From Nanobdellota archaeon (GTDB lineage: Archaea; Nanobdellota; Nanobdellia; Woesearchaeales; DATDXC01), in the NCBI GenBank assembly GCA_043818675.1, contig JBDRFR010000061.1, positions 1 through 56,341 of the forward strand: a stretch of DNA of 56,341 nt, read 5' to 3'. The notes beneath the pieces were generated by a model. That model saw nothing but the letters and a program-made list of their open reading frames with translations. It had not been told where the DNA came from and made no database searches. This document shows positions 8,467-18,339 of this stretch, in pieces; the stretch's first letter is position 1; each line of letters begins with the position of its first letter. Position numbers and translations under genes: made by a program.

Positions 8467-11400
8467 AGCTTGCTGCAGTCGTGATGATGGCTTTGATAGT
8501 TACACTGCCATTTTATTCTGCTAATGCCATGGCAGCGCTTTATATTACAAAAGCCTACGGAGATTCCGGCAAAGAGAATTTTATAACAGAGGATGATAGC
8601 CTGACAATTGAGGTTATAGCGACAAAAGGAAACGTGCCGTTGGAAAATGATGATAGGGAACTTTTACGGTACAGTTCAGTGCCAGTGCCTGGCAATTACA
8701 ATTTCCAAAATACTTTGAAGTTTGACAGCTGCGCAAACGGCAATTGCCAGATCAAGTTTGATACGTATAATCCGTCAAAAAACCCGGCAACTGTGTTTGC
8801 ATACCTTTATGACTGCGTGGACTCAAGCAGCTGCGCATTAGTCTCATGGACGTCGCGGAATGTTGTAATAGACAACACGCCGCCTGTCACGTTAATCAGT
8901 ATTGAACAGATCAATACACAAAATGCAGCATTTACCAGTACAGCTAAAATTGGCTTAACATCGATAAGCATCAACTATAATGTTAAAGATTATGCATGCT
9001 CTAACTGCGGCACAAAATGTGTTGGGCTTAACAAAGTCCAGTTTTATGCGCAGAAAGCTAACCAGCCGGAAACCCTGTTAAGGACTATAGAAATCAACAG
9101 TGATACAGATGATTGCAGTAGAACCCAAACAGAAACTTTCAGCACATCACAGATATCAACCCAATCGGGCACAGTAGAGGTCTGGGCAGAATCAACTGAT
9201 AATTTTGGCAATACAGCGATAAGCAATATTCTGCCAATCATTGTAGACCTGGATGCGCCGGCTGTTGACCCGACTAAACTGGTTATTACTGATAGTCTTG
9301 GAGGCGACGGAACGTATGTGCCGCAAAACCCAAAAGACAAAGGGTTTGGGATTAATATCGCGCTTGAGATTGCCGATGCAGGCAAAGCAACATTAGACCT
9401 ATCGGCGCTTAACCCTGAACTAACTGAGACAGAAGGTAATTGCGCTGGAAACGGCAATAGTTATACCTGTTTGTGGAACGATATTTTGCTGGATGTGCCT
9501 GCCACTTCAAGCTCTGTTTCATTATTGTTTAAAGCAGAAGATGATGTTGGCAATACGGCAACAGTTCCTTTAACTTATGCATACACAGTAGTCTCAACAG
9601 AACCGGCTGTGGTGGATATCATAAGTTCCCATAGAGGAGAAGATAATAAGGATTACGCAGGGTATAATGAGAAATTTATCCTGAAACTTAACCAAGGACA
9701 AGGACCTGGATTTTCAAAAAAGAACATCTTTATGGACTTCAGTGAATTGCGGCCCACACTTAATGATAAGCAGGCAGATGCGTGCACGCTTGACAGCGGG
9801 TTTTGGTATTGTGAATTTAATGATATCAATACACTGGATACAACCCAGGAGGGAACGCATTCCATAAGGGTCCTTGAGAACTCAATGGACGATCTTAATG
9901 ATAATCTGGACACAGTATCTTCTGTAATGCAGCAAGATGTTATCGTTGACAAGACAAAGCCCATAATAAAAAGTGTGAGCTATACGCCTGCAAACCCATC
10001 ATCTGCTGAACCGTTGATAATGACAATTAAAGTGCAAGAACGTAACGGCGTAAACGCGACAATCGATGCGTCATCAATAAGCACAGAAGGTACGTTTCCT
10101 AAAAAAGCTGCGTGTACGAGAGTAGATCCTGAGAATTTTGTATGCAGCGTTTCAGTAAATTCTATCATTTCCAGCTATAAAACTGATGCAGTCAAAGTAA
10201 TGGTAGAAGATTTCGCAGGCAATAAAGCAGCACCGCAGGATAAAACTGTTACAATATACTTGTCAGACACTGAACAAACACCTAACTGTTTTACTGTTTC
10301 GGAAAAAGAATCAATACCTTCACAGGTTGACAAGGCGGTCGCTTCAAGGGTGAGCATGAATTTGTTTGCGCATGCAAAACTATCCTCGCATTGCCAGGAT
10401 GTTGATATTATCAGCATGCAGGCTGACTGTACTGCAATGCAAAACCTGCTTGCTGACAAGCCTTATATCATGAACGAAGATTCGTCTGACCCGTATATCG
10501 CATTAAAAACACTAGGCACTGTCGGACTGTCGCCGGATGATACTGTGAAAATTGACTGTGAATTACAGCTGCTTGAGCGGGTAGGCAGTACTGTTTTTGC
10601 ACTGCCTGAAAAAGTGAATGTTGATATTGATGTTCCCATGTACGGCAATTCTCTTGGGGAACTTGATTCTAATATCCAACCTGAGATTACTGCAGTGCAG
10701 GATCAGATAAAAATTTTAACTGAGGATATTGCAGATGAGGAGGAATTACTTGAGATGTTTGGTATGTGGTGCCAGATAGCGCAAAGTATGGCGCAGATTA
10801 ATTCGCTTGCGCAAACACTGAAGTTTGTGCTGTGGGGAGTGTACCAGGTAATTGAAAAAACACCGGCTGCAATAATTGCAGTTTTATTATGGAAGATGAC
10901 ATGTAATATTTTAAGTATGACACACTGGATAACTGAGTTTATTTTCTGGCCGTCAGGAATTCCACCTATTTATCCGCCAAATCCAAGCATAATAGGCATC
11001 ATGTCAAAGTATGGCTGCATGATAAGGGTTAACTGCGCAATATGCGACTTTAGTACGTATATTAACCTTGCAGTGAATGTTGCTGCTGGATATATTGGGA
11101 GTAGCGGATCGGCTGAACCGAGCATTAATTTTGATACAGACTATGATCCCAGTGGACCGTCAACTACTGAAAAATATCTTGGCTGGACATCCTCAGATTT
11201 CCTTGGCAGTACAACAAACGCATGGCTGCGCGGCGGCATGAACACAGATGTACCTGGAGTTACAATCGGAGAGGCTGAAGATGAGGGAGGCAGCGCAAGG
11301 GATGAAGGCACATGGATATTTAATCCGTATAAAAGCAAGCACTATGCAGATGCATGCTTCTGCCTTCCAGCGCAAGTGTATAATCTTAAAAAAGAAAGGC

Positions 11401-11819
11401 AGATTAGGTGCATGCAACTAAACTGTATTCAAAACCAATTACTAGCAGGAATGTCAACAAACACATGTAATCAAGCGTATAATGAAAGGTATTGTCTATA
11501 CATAGAGAGTGCTCAGTACCTGGAACATGGATATTTTGATGATTTTTTTAGTAAACTGGGAGATGCTATCTGGAAAAATCTGCCGTATTTAGTGGCGTCA
11601 TTTGCGTGGATATCGATGTGCTACTATGAATCTTTAGTTACGATAGGAGAACCATGGTGTTCAATTGGACCAACAGGGGGAACGTATAATGTCTGGTGCG
11701 GACTCATCGGTGCGGTTGTTGCAGGACTTGAAATCAAAGGCATGCTTGATAGTGAGTTTAAAACCGGGTATGAGGAGATATTGGGTAAAGTTGATACACC
11801 TGATCATTGCGGAGGATAA
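8451..11819 (+). CDS. Giant secreted Cys-rich surface protein, paralog A (1122 aa)
   Basis: Sec-type signal peptide (MKLAAVVMMALIVTLPFYSANAMA). Repeated Ig-like boundary motifs (VVIDNTPPV, IIVDLDAPAV, VIVDKTKPII). The Cys-rich C-terminal domain (RQIRCMQLNCIQNQ...) is shared with the 29303 and 38952 proteins. Confidence 0.85.
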   Translation: MAKGMKLAAVVMMALIVTLPFYSANAMAALYITKAYGDSGKENFITEDDSLTIEVIATKGNVPLENDDRELLRYSSVPVPGNYNFQNTLKFDSCANGNCQIKFDTYNPSKNPATVFAYLYDCVDSSSCALVSWTSRNVVIDNTPPVTLISIEQINTQNAAFTSTAKIGLTSISINYNVKDYACSNCGTKCVGLNKVQFYAQKANQPETLLRTIEINSDTDDCSRTQTETFSTSQISTQSGTVEVWAESTDNFGNTAISNILPIIVDLDAPAVDPTKLVITDSLGGDGTYVPQNPKDKGFGINIALEIADAGKATLDLSALNPELTETEGNCAGNGNSYTCLWNDILLDVPATSSSVSLLFKAEDDVGNTATVPLTYAYTVVSTEPAVVDIISSHRGEDNKDYAGYNEKFILKLNQGQGPGFSKKNIFMDFSELRPTLNDKQADACTLDSGFWYCEFNDINTLDTTQEGTHSIRVLENSMDDLNDNLDTVSSVMQQDVIVDKTKPIIKSVSYTPANPSSAEPLIMTIKVQERNGVNATIDASSISTEGTFPKKAACTRVDPENFVCSVSVNSIISSYKTDAVKVMVEDFAGNKAAPQDKTVTIYLSDTEQTPNCFTVSEKESIPSQVDKAVASRVSMNLFAHAKLSSHCQDVDIISMQADCTAMQNLLADKPYIMNEDSSDPYIALKTLGTVGLSPDDTVKIDCELQLLERVGSTVFALPEKVNVDIDVPMYGNSLGELDSNIQPEITAVQDQIKILTEDIADEEELLEMFGMWCQIAQSMAQINSLAQTLKFVLWGVYQVIEKTPAAIIAVLLWKMTCNILSMTHWITEFIFWPSGIPPIYPPNPSIIGIMSKYGCMIRVNCAICDFSTYINLAVNVAAGYIGSSGSAEPSINFDTDYDPSGPSTTEKYLGWTSSDFLGSTTNAWLRGGMNTDVPGVTIGEAEDEGGSARDEGTWIFNPYKSKHYADACFCLPAQVYNLKKERQIRCMQLNCIQNQLLAGMSTNTCNQAYNERYCLYIESAQYLEHGYFDDFFSKLGDAIWKNLPYLVASFAWISMCYYESLVTIGEPWCSIGPTGGTYNVWCGLIGAVVAGLEIKGMLDSEFKTGYEEILGKVDTPDHCGG

Positions 11820-11820
11820 A

Positions 11821-12297
11821 ATGAAAAAATATTGGATAATACTAGTTATATTGTGCTCAACAGTGCAGGCGCAGATTATACCAAACTGGTACCCTGTTGA
11901 ACTTTGGGAGCTGAATTACTGCTCAAAGTGGGGCGGCGTGGCAGAATCTACAGCAGGTGTACAATCAAACGAGGCAATATTTCTCTCGCAAACAACGTTT
12001 GCATTGCAAGGGAAAAAAGAGATATACAATGTACCAGACTATAATAAAACATTGTATCAGGCTAGCTGGTACTTTGAACCTTTTGGTGGTTCTACAAGTT
12101 ATATAGTGCACCTTGAAAATGAGACAGGCCAATACAAAATCGGAGAAGGTTCTGCTTCCAGAACATCGCCAGGATATGGGTTTTTTCCTACAATGACAGA
12201 TCCGACAAACGGATACCTGGAAGGAAATTATACTTATGTAAGGATTAGCTACGGCAGCAGTTATCTAAGACTTCCACTAGTTGAGGTTAGACAATGA
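11821..12297 (+). CDS. Small secreted beta-rich protein (158 aa), module A
   Basis: The ATG at 11821 is preceded by GGAGG (11810-11814). Signal peptide MKKYWIILVILCSTVQA. The longer ORF-track version (11665) overlaps the giant gene and is not favoured. Confidence 0.7.
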   Translation: MKKYWIILVILCSTVQAQIIPNWYPVELWELNYCSKWGGVAESTAGVQSNEAIFLSQTTFALQGKKEIYNVPDYNKTLYQASWYFEPFGGSTSYIVHLENETGQYKIGEGSASRTSPGYGFFPTMTDPTNGYLEGNYTYVRISYGSSYLRLPLVEVRQ

Positions 12298-13031
12298 AGA
12301 AAAAGTTATTTATTATTGAGCTTGGATTTGTGGTTGCGTTACTATTAGTATTTTATCTAGCATTTTTGACATATCACCAAAACATGCAGTCGGTCTATAA
12401 CCTGCAAACCCAGATATTTGGCAAGAATATGCCGACCCAGCCGACGCCTGAATTCACACAAAAACTTGCAAATGAAATAGACAGTGTAAAATCTGTCCTT
12501 GGAGATTATATCAACAGACTAATATCCACAACCATACTATACTTCACGATCCTGATAATGATAATTGCCTATTTTAACGGGCTTGCTTTTTCAATAATAA
12601 AAAAAGTGAAGTTTAGGCGGAAAATGTTCATAAATCTATCAGCAGTTTTGTTCATATGGACAATATTTTGGATTTTATTACTGGCAATTATCATTTTTGG
12701 AATAAAAAATCCGATGAATGCATATTTTGCTATCGCATGGCTTATTGCAGCTGTATATTTTAGCCTATTGCTGCTTCCGATATTTATTTTTAATAAGAAA
12801 ATTGTAGGCACTATTAAAGAAACTTTCAGGCTTGGCATTGCTTGTTTTTACAGATATTTAGCTGTTTTAATAGTGGCAGGAATCGTGTTTTTAGCAGTAA
12901 TCATCCTGTCGATAGCTGCAATTAATTATCTTAAAATTGCCGGCGTACTAATAGCGATATCAGGGTTATTATCATACTTGGTGTATCTTAGGATTTATAT
13001 GGTTGAATTTGTGGGAGGATATTATGAATAA
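12294..13031 (+). CDS. Polytopic membrane protein, module A (245 aa)
   Basis: About 6 TM helices. It shares the motifs IKETFRLGIACFYRY and RIYMVEF with the 36235 protein (VKKTLKIGFYKFHK, RIYIAKS) and the 50498 protein (IKKTVIIGFYKAY, RLYFVKL). ATGA overlap with the upstream gene. Confidence 0.75.
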   Translation: MKKKLFIIELGFVVALLLVFYLAFLTYHQNMQSVYNLQTQIFGKNMPTQPTPEFTQKLANEIDSVKSVLGDYINRLISTTILYFTILIMIIAYFNGLAFSIIKKVKFRRKMFINLSAVLFIWTIFWILLLAIIIFGIKNPMNAYFAIAWLIAAVYFSLLLLPIFIFNKKIVGTIKETFRLGIACFYRYLAVLIVAGIVFLAVIILSIAAINYLKIAGVLIAISGLLSYLVYLRIYMVEFVGGYYE

Positions 13032-15900
13032 AAAAGGACAGGTTACAGTTTTCATAATAATCGGGCTTATTATCCTTGCGTCAGCATTCTTGTTTTTTTA
13101 TCTAAGAGACAGAACAGCACAAGAAATTACCCAAGTTGAACAAACACAAACACCTAACTGGGCAGAACCTGTTACTAACTATGTCACAGATTGCATAAGG
13201 AGAATCGCAATCCAGGGGCTTAAAAACATAGGTGAGCATGGAGGATATATCGATCTGGAAGACGAGTATTTAAGCAGCAGAAGGTTTCATTTTGATCCTG
13301 ATCCCACAAACTCAGATACTGTATCACTATCGACTGATCCAAAATCCAGCTCAATACCATACTGGTTCTATTTAATCGAGTCATTAAATTGTGTTGATTG
13401 CACTGTTGGATCTAACAATGTTGCCTTAGATTTATTCCTGCAAAATACACCTAACTATTGGGTGTATGGAATACTGGATATTGAACAGCAATTAAACCGC
13501 TACATGAACAGAGAGTTACCAGGCTGCCTTTCTAATTTTGAGAGTTTTAAAGAATTTGATATCACCAGCGGAAATATTACGACAATATCCAGGATAAGTG
13601 AAAATAATGTTAATTTTCTGGTCCAATATCCTGTGAGCGTTAGCAGCGGACCGTCGCAAACCATAATACCAAACTTTCGATTAGACATTGACTTAAACCT
13701 GTTAAAGATATATGAGCTTGCAATGCAAATAGCGATCTACCAGATTAATAACCAGCAGCTTGAACATATAACCAGGTTTATGATCGAGACATACTCAGGA
13801 CCGCCAAATGGAGAGAATATACCGCCTATGTTCTGGACAGATAATAAATATACAACCACTGTATGGGACTTAAACGAGGTTAAAACAAGATTAAAAAATA
13901 ATATTTTAGGAAGCAATATCCCTTACCTGCAGGTTAACAATACAAGGGATGCGCAACATATCACAATAGATGACACGTACCAACAAGGGGTTTTTGATGT
14001 GTTGTTCTTAGATTTTTTAAACAAAACATATCCTGATCTTAGCGTCAGTTTCTTTTATAATCCAGCATGGAACATCTATCTGGATATTACACCAAAAACC
14101 GGCAATGTGTTAAAACCTACTACATCAAGGTCAGAACCACCGTTTAATCTGGGAACAACAACGCAAACCAACAAGTACGAATTTTTTTATGATATTTCAT
14201 ACCCGGTTATTGTCATCATAAGAGATAACAGATCGCTTAAAACAGAAGGTGAAGAGGGATACACGTTTAGGTTTGCCTTAGAAGTTAATCTAAAAGATAA
14301 TAGAGACCTACTTATGTGGAACCAGGGACAAGGAACTATAGGCCAATCCTCTGGCAGCCGTTATGATGCTACATTTACAGGTGTCACCCAGACAGTGGTA
14401 GAGTGTACGCCAAACAATCCTATCTATTCATGTATGGAGATTCAAGCTGGCACTTTGGTTGGAAATAACGAGTTTGATAATCCCACAGCCTGTAATAGTT
14501 TCTGCCATGTTAATTGCATAATAGCCAAATATGAAGATTGGACATGCCCGATCGACAACGCTAAATATTCAAATGAGGTTATGTGCGGGACCAACTGCTA
14601 CATTGAATCAAACCCAACGTCAGATATTGCTGAAACGCAGACATTGTTCTGTGATCGTGAACAGCGTATAAGCGGCGAGACAACAATAAGTGTCATCGAT
14701 GGAAAAACAGGGCAATCCGTGCCGGATGCTATAATCACACATGGCTGCGGCAATGCATGGAAATGCCCGATGGAAGCAACAGGGCCGAACGGAAAGTTTG
14801 TTTCTAAATTTCCAATATGCATAGGCGATGGAGATTTATTAATAGAAAAAAAGGATTACATGGGGCATTATGAACCGCATGTAAGCACCAATCCAGGTGT
14901 TTCGGAAAGTTATAACTTTGTGTTAGAACCGTTAAGAGAAATCCAGGTAGAAGCAGTCTACATTAACGTTTCAAACCTTTTTAGGGTTAAGCGAAAACTG
15001 TACGCAAAAACCGGCAATAATATACTGGATGATCTATATTATGAGCTAGGATTTGTTCCGGCTGTCACTTCGTATGGAATATTTGCAAATATCCTGTATG
15101 GAGGGGGACTTACCACCGAAGAACAGGCAATAATTAATAGCTATATACAAATGCATGTCAATAAGATTGTGGATTCAAGAGAAAAGCTTAAGCTGATGGA
15201 GTATTATACTGATCTTGATATGCAGGTGGTTGTAGAAGCTGCTTACGCTTCCAAGGATGCAGCAGAGTTTGCGTGGCGAGTAACGCACGATGCGAATTAT
15301 ATCTCAGGACTGATACACAGGCCTTACAGTTATGTGTTTACTTTGGCAGAACCACACTTGTCAAAACTTGAAAGCCACCTTCAGTGGCTAAATAAAGAGA
15401 TGGATAATATCCAGTTTATCGACCTGTATTATCTAAACGAATCAAGCAATATCAATAAATACAAAAGCCAGGCAACTTTTCTATCTTTATCAGAGCATAC
15501 AGAAATCGTTGCCGAGAAAATTAAAAGCGATATTTATGAACAGGATATTATGGCGCCGTTTGTGCAAATTTATGGCAGACAACCGCAGACAATAAGAATT
15601 GTGCCGGGTAATTATTCAGTTACTATCAGATATACAGATGATATGGGGGTTTACATACCAGCGCAAGGGTTCCACCCAGCGTTTAATTATACACCAGCAT
15701 ATTTAGGTGGAGGGTATCTAAACAATAAATCAATTGTGTGGAACGTGCCAAAGTCAAGCTTAGACTCAGCAAGCAAAGTCAGGTTCTATCTTATAAAAGT
15801 TAATGACCCTTCCGATATCCAGGACATGGGAGAACTTGGGCAGCTGGAATACTACTCAAAAAAATTCATCAAGTACCTGGAACCAGAGTTTATACCGTAA
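13024..15900 (+). CDS. Large protein with class III (pilin-like) signal peptide, module A (958 aa from ATG 13024)
   Basis: N-terminus MNKKGQVTVFIIIGLIILASAFLFFYL, with GGAGG upstream. Homologous blocks are shared with the 27151 and 37036 proteins (GLKNIGEHGGYIDL / GLKILGERGGYINP / GLTTLGLNGGYIYF; PYWFYL / PYWWHL / PYWWF; YDISYPVIVIIRD...EGYTFRFALEVN / YDLSFPTMVTIRD...EGYTFNFLLEAN). Confidence 0.85.
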   Translation: MNKKGQVTVFIIIGLIILASAFLFFYLRDRTAQEITQVEQTQTPNWAEPVTNYVTDCIRRIAIQGLKNIGEHGGYIDLEDEYLSSRRFHFDPDPTNSDTVSLSTDPKSSSIPYWFYLIESLNCVDCTVGSNNVALDLFLQNTPNYWVYGILDIEQQLNRYMNRELPGCLSNFESFKEFDITSGNITTISRISENNVNFLVQYPVSVSSGPSQTIIPNFRLDIDLNLLKIYELAMQIAIYQINNQQLEHITRFMIETYSGPPNGENIPPMFWTDNKYTTTVWDLNEVKTRLKNNILGSNIPYLQVNNTRDAQHITIDDTYQQGVFDVLFLDFLNKTYPDLSVSFFYNPAWNIYLDITPKTGNVLKPTTSRSEPPFNLGTTTQTNKYEFFYDISYPVIVIIRDNRSLKTEGEEGYTFRFALEVNLKDNRDLLMWNQGQGTIGQSSGSRYDATFTGVTQTVVECTPNNPIYSCMEIQAGTLVGNNEFDNPTACNSFCHVNCIIAKYEDWTCPIDNAKYSNEVMCGTNCYIESNPTSDIAETQTLFCDREQRISGETTISVIDGKTGQSVPDAIITHGCGNAWKCPMEATGPNGKFVSKFPICIGDGDLLIEKKDYMGHYEPHVSTNPGVSESYNFVLEPLREIQVEAVYINVSNLFRVKRKLYAKTGNNILDDLYYELGFVPAVTSYGIFANILYGGGLTTEEQAIINSYIQMHVNKIVDSREKLKLMEYYTDLDMQVVVEAAYASKDAAEFAWRVTHDANYISGLIHRPYSYVFTLAEPHLSKLESHLQWLNKEMDNIQFIDLYYLNESSNINKYKSQATFLSLSEHTEIVAEKIKSDIYEQDIMAPFVQIYGRQPQTIRIVPGNYSVTIRYTDDMGVYIPAQGFHPAFNYTPAYLGGGYLNNKSIVWNVPKSSLDSASKVRFYLIKVNDPSDIQDMGELGQLEYYSKKFIKYLEPEFIP

Positions 15901-16007
15901 ATTAATAGAACAACAGCCAAATATTTGTGTTATAGATTTAGTCTTAACTGTTTACGCCTGTAACCGTAAATATGTCTAAAGAATGATACAAAAATCATCA
16001 TCGATTA

Positions 16008-17354
16008 TTATTCTTCAGGACCTTTTGGAGATTCTGCCAAAGATTTCATAGAGTTGCATAACTGTAAAAGATAATAATCAGAGACTTCTGAACAGACCGA
16101 ATAATCAATGCCGGCTGTTGCAAAATGCATCAGACAGCGGTCTTTTCTTGTGTCTTTTTCTATCTTTGCACAGATGGCGGTGTCTTTGTTTGCCTTGGCT
16201 GCCACAATGTAGCATTCCTCTTTTGTCCGCACGTCAGAAATCTTGTCGCAGTATTTGTCTTTTCCTGAAGACCGGCCGACATTATCATAACATTTGTCCA
16301 GATGAAGCGGATTCTCAAAACTTTCGCATAAGCCTGCTGCCTGTGAATGGTCAGACTTTGCCAGCTCTTCAATCTGCGCTAATCTTTCCCAGACACTCTG
16401 GCCTGAAAAGGGATCATCACAGTCAGATTCACAGGTTTCGCCTTCCTCACAGACATTGTTGCCGCAGCACGGCTCAATCGGGGTATAGACGCAGTCCTGA
16501 CCGATAAACTCATCTTTTGTGCAGGGGTCATTATCGCTGCAGACTGTTTCCGAGACTGTGCATGGGCTGCATGGGCCGCCGCAGTCAATACCGTCTTCTG
16601 CCTGGTTTTTGATGCTGTCAAAACAAGTTCCGCAAGCAGGACAGGGGCCGCCGCAGTCGATATCAACTTCGCCCTGGTTCTTAATACCGTCGGCGCAGCT
16701 TACGCACGGAAGGCAAGGGCCGCCGCAGTCAATACCCTGTTCACCATTATTTTTTATGCCATCGGCGCAGATTAAGGACTTTTCCCTTATCCTAAAGTTT
16801 GAGGCTGCGCGCGCAATCTTGCCGCTGTACCGGACAGTTGTCCGTAAGATATAATCACCAGGCGCGACATCTTCTGGTATTTCAAAAAATGTTTTGTAGG
16901 ACTTAGAGGTTTCAACACCGATTGTCTCTTCTTTAAAGATAACTTTTTCACCGTCAGTTTCAATATCGTAGCGCACGTCAACATCAAAACGCGCGGCTGA
17001 ACCAAGAGAGGTCAGCTCAATATTAAATTCCAGCTTGTCGCCGGGCGTTATTGTCTGGGTGAGCAATTCAGTCCGGACATCAAGCAGCTGAGCAGGAGCT
17101 TTGGGCGACAAAAAATAAAACAGGCTGCCGCCGATAAGTAAGACTGTAAAAATTAGTGCAACGATAACAGCAATAGTGGATTTTGAGAGATGGATTATGT
17201 GATTTACTTCGCCGGTGTTATATATTACCCTAACTGCTTCATCAATGTCAGACTGCAAGTAGCCATGGTCTAATAAACTCTTTTTTAATGTGTTTAAATC
17301 ATAACCCGCCTTTAAATATCTTTGCAGCCAGTCAATAACACTTTTATTTGCCAA
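16008..17354 (-). CDS. Membrane-anchored Cys-rich protein with three tandem CxDGIKN..IDCGGPCxxC repeats (448 aa)
   Basis: TTG start. N-terminal helical domain, one TM helix (IAVIVALIFTVLLIGGSLFYF) and an Ig-like region. Then the repeats CADGIKNNGEQGIDCGGPCLPC, CADGIKNQGEVDIDCGGPCPAC and CFDSIKNQAEDGIDCGGPCSPC, followed by a further Cys-rich tail. Confidence 0.8.
   Translation of the reverse strand: MANKSVIDWLQRYLKAGYDLNTLKKSLLDHGYLQSDIDEAVRVIYNTGEVNHIIHLSKSTIAVIVALIFTVLLIGGSLFYFLSPKAPAQLLDVRTELLTQTITPGDKLEFNIELTSLGSAARFDVDVRYDIETDGEKVIFKEETIGVETSKSYKTFFEIPEDVAPGDYILRTTVRYSGKIARAASNFRIREKSLICADGIKNNGEQGIDCGGPCLPCVSCADGIKNQGEVDIDCGGPCPACGTCFDSIKNQAEDGIDCGGPCSPCTVSETVCSDNDPCTKDEFIGQDCVYTPIEPCCGNNVCEEGETCESDCDDPFSGQSVWERLAQIEELAKSDHSQAAGLCESFENPLHLDKCYDNVGRSSGKDKYCDKISDVRTKEECYIVAAKANKDTAICAKIEKDTRKDRCLMHFATAGIDYSVCSEVSDYYLLQLCNSMKSLAESPKGPEE
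16560..16769 (-). repeat. Three tandem 22-aa Cys-rich coding repeats
   Basis: aa 196-265 of the 448-aa protein. The repeats are separated by 2-aa spacers (VS, GT). This is locally the most GC-rich stretch of the window by eye. Confidence 0.85.
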
Positions 17355-18183
17355 GATTGCACCCCTTTTTTAGTTATATTCTGTTTCTTTTTATTTAAAT
17401 GTTTAGGTTGAATAATACTAAAAGAGGGTGCTTTTTAGATCGTTGATATATAAGGTTAGCAGACAATTGCCTGTAAAACAGATTATTGGCAGATGCTGCT
17501 GTTTTGGACAAACTGGGGCTTATTAGATCCGAGCAGATGGCTAAATTATTAAATCAACTGACTGAAGGCTAAGTTAAGAGAGGGTTTTTTAGCTTAGGAA
17601 CTAATACATTTAAGTTAACGTTAATCTAATAACTGCCTTTTGCGGACTTGTTATTACTATTAACCAACAAGCTGAGGAATATGGTAAAACAAGAGAATTA
17701 TCAAGATATCTCTCCCAGAATTTTTTTTATTTTGGATAAAGCCTTCTGTAGATCTGTTTCAAGAACAATAACGTCCTTTTTTAAGTTCTCTTCGTCCTGA
17801 AATATCTCATCACAAAGACGACGGATTTGAAGAGCTTTTTCAAGCGCAATTGGTGCAAACTCTGCGTCGTTAGCTGACAGATCATGCCTGCCTTCAATAT
17901 CTCCTGCGATAGTCTTGAAATCTTCACTAATACTGGTTCAATTTTATCTTTTCTTAGCCACATAATAGGTATTTTATTTTAACATTCTATTAGGGAACAA
18001 TTTTTAACTATATTTGATTTTTGTTCATTAGAACAAACAAGGTGAGTTCCTCAAAAATTGAAAATTTTTGGGATACCAGAAATCTTTGATTTATTAGTGA
18101 TTCAAGAACATGAATAAGGGGGCGAGAAAACTAAAAAACAGCAATATTTATAAGTATGTGCAACTATTTGCTTTTAGGTGGGA

Positions 18184-18339
18184 ATGATAGAATCAAAAAA
18201 CATAACATTAAAAGTTAAATCTGAATTATATGAGAAGTATAGAGAACTATGCAAGGAAGAAGGCTGGATTGTGTCTCGTCAATTTGAGAAGTGCATGGAA
18301 AAAGAGTTGAGAAGGAGGGGTTCATTAAAAGATGATTGA
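18184..18339 (+). CDS. Small ribbon-helix-helix (CopG-like) protein, 51 aa (below the ORF-track cutoff)
   Basis: MIESKNITLKVKSELYEKYRELCKEEGWIVSRQFEKCMEKELRRRG has the beta-strand then helix-helix pattern of RHH proteins. It overlaps the next ORF by 8 nt. Confidence 0.45.
   Translation: MIESKNITLKVKSELYEKYRELCKEEGWIVSRQFEKCMEKELRRRGSLKDD

Noticed and set aside
9044-11417. Multiple 60-137-aa ORFs antisense to the 1122-aa gene
   Set aside because: These are shadow ORFs inside a long, well-supported CDS. They have low-complexity Ser/Pro/Leu-rich translations and no start context.
11665-11820. An N-terminal extension of the small secreted protein (ORF-track version 11665..12297)
   Set aside because: The extension overlaps the 3' end of the giant gene in another frame and has no signal peptide. 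The ATG at 11821 has a GGAGG just upstream and yields a canonical signal peptide.
16118-16854. Plus-strand ORFs (129 and 111 aa) and alternate minus-frame ORFs overlapping the Cys-rich gene
   Set aside because: They are products of the GC-rich repeat region. Their translations are Pro/Gln/Ser-rich repeats mirroring the CGGPC repeats, and the 448-aa frame has the coherent TM plus repeat architecture.
17781-17963. A 60-aa minus-strand ORF from the ORF track
   Set aside because: The translation looks random. A different minus-strand frame in the same region gives a protein-like but start-less remnant, so the region is better described as decayed sequence.
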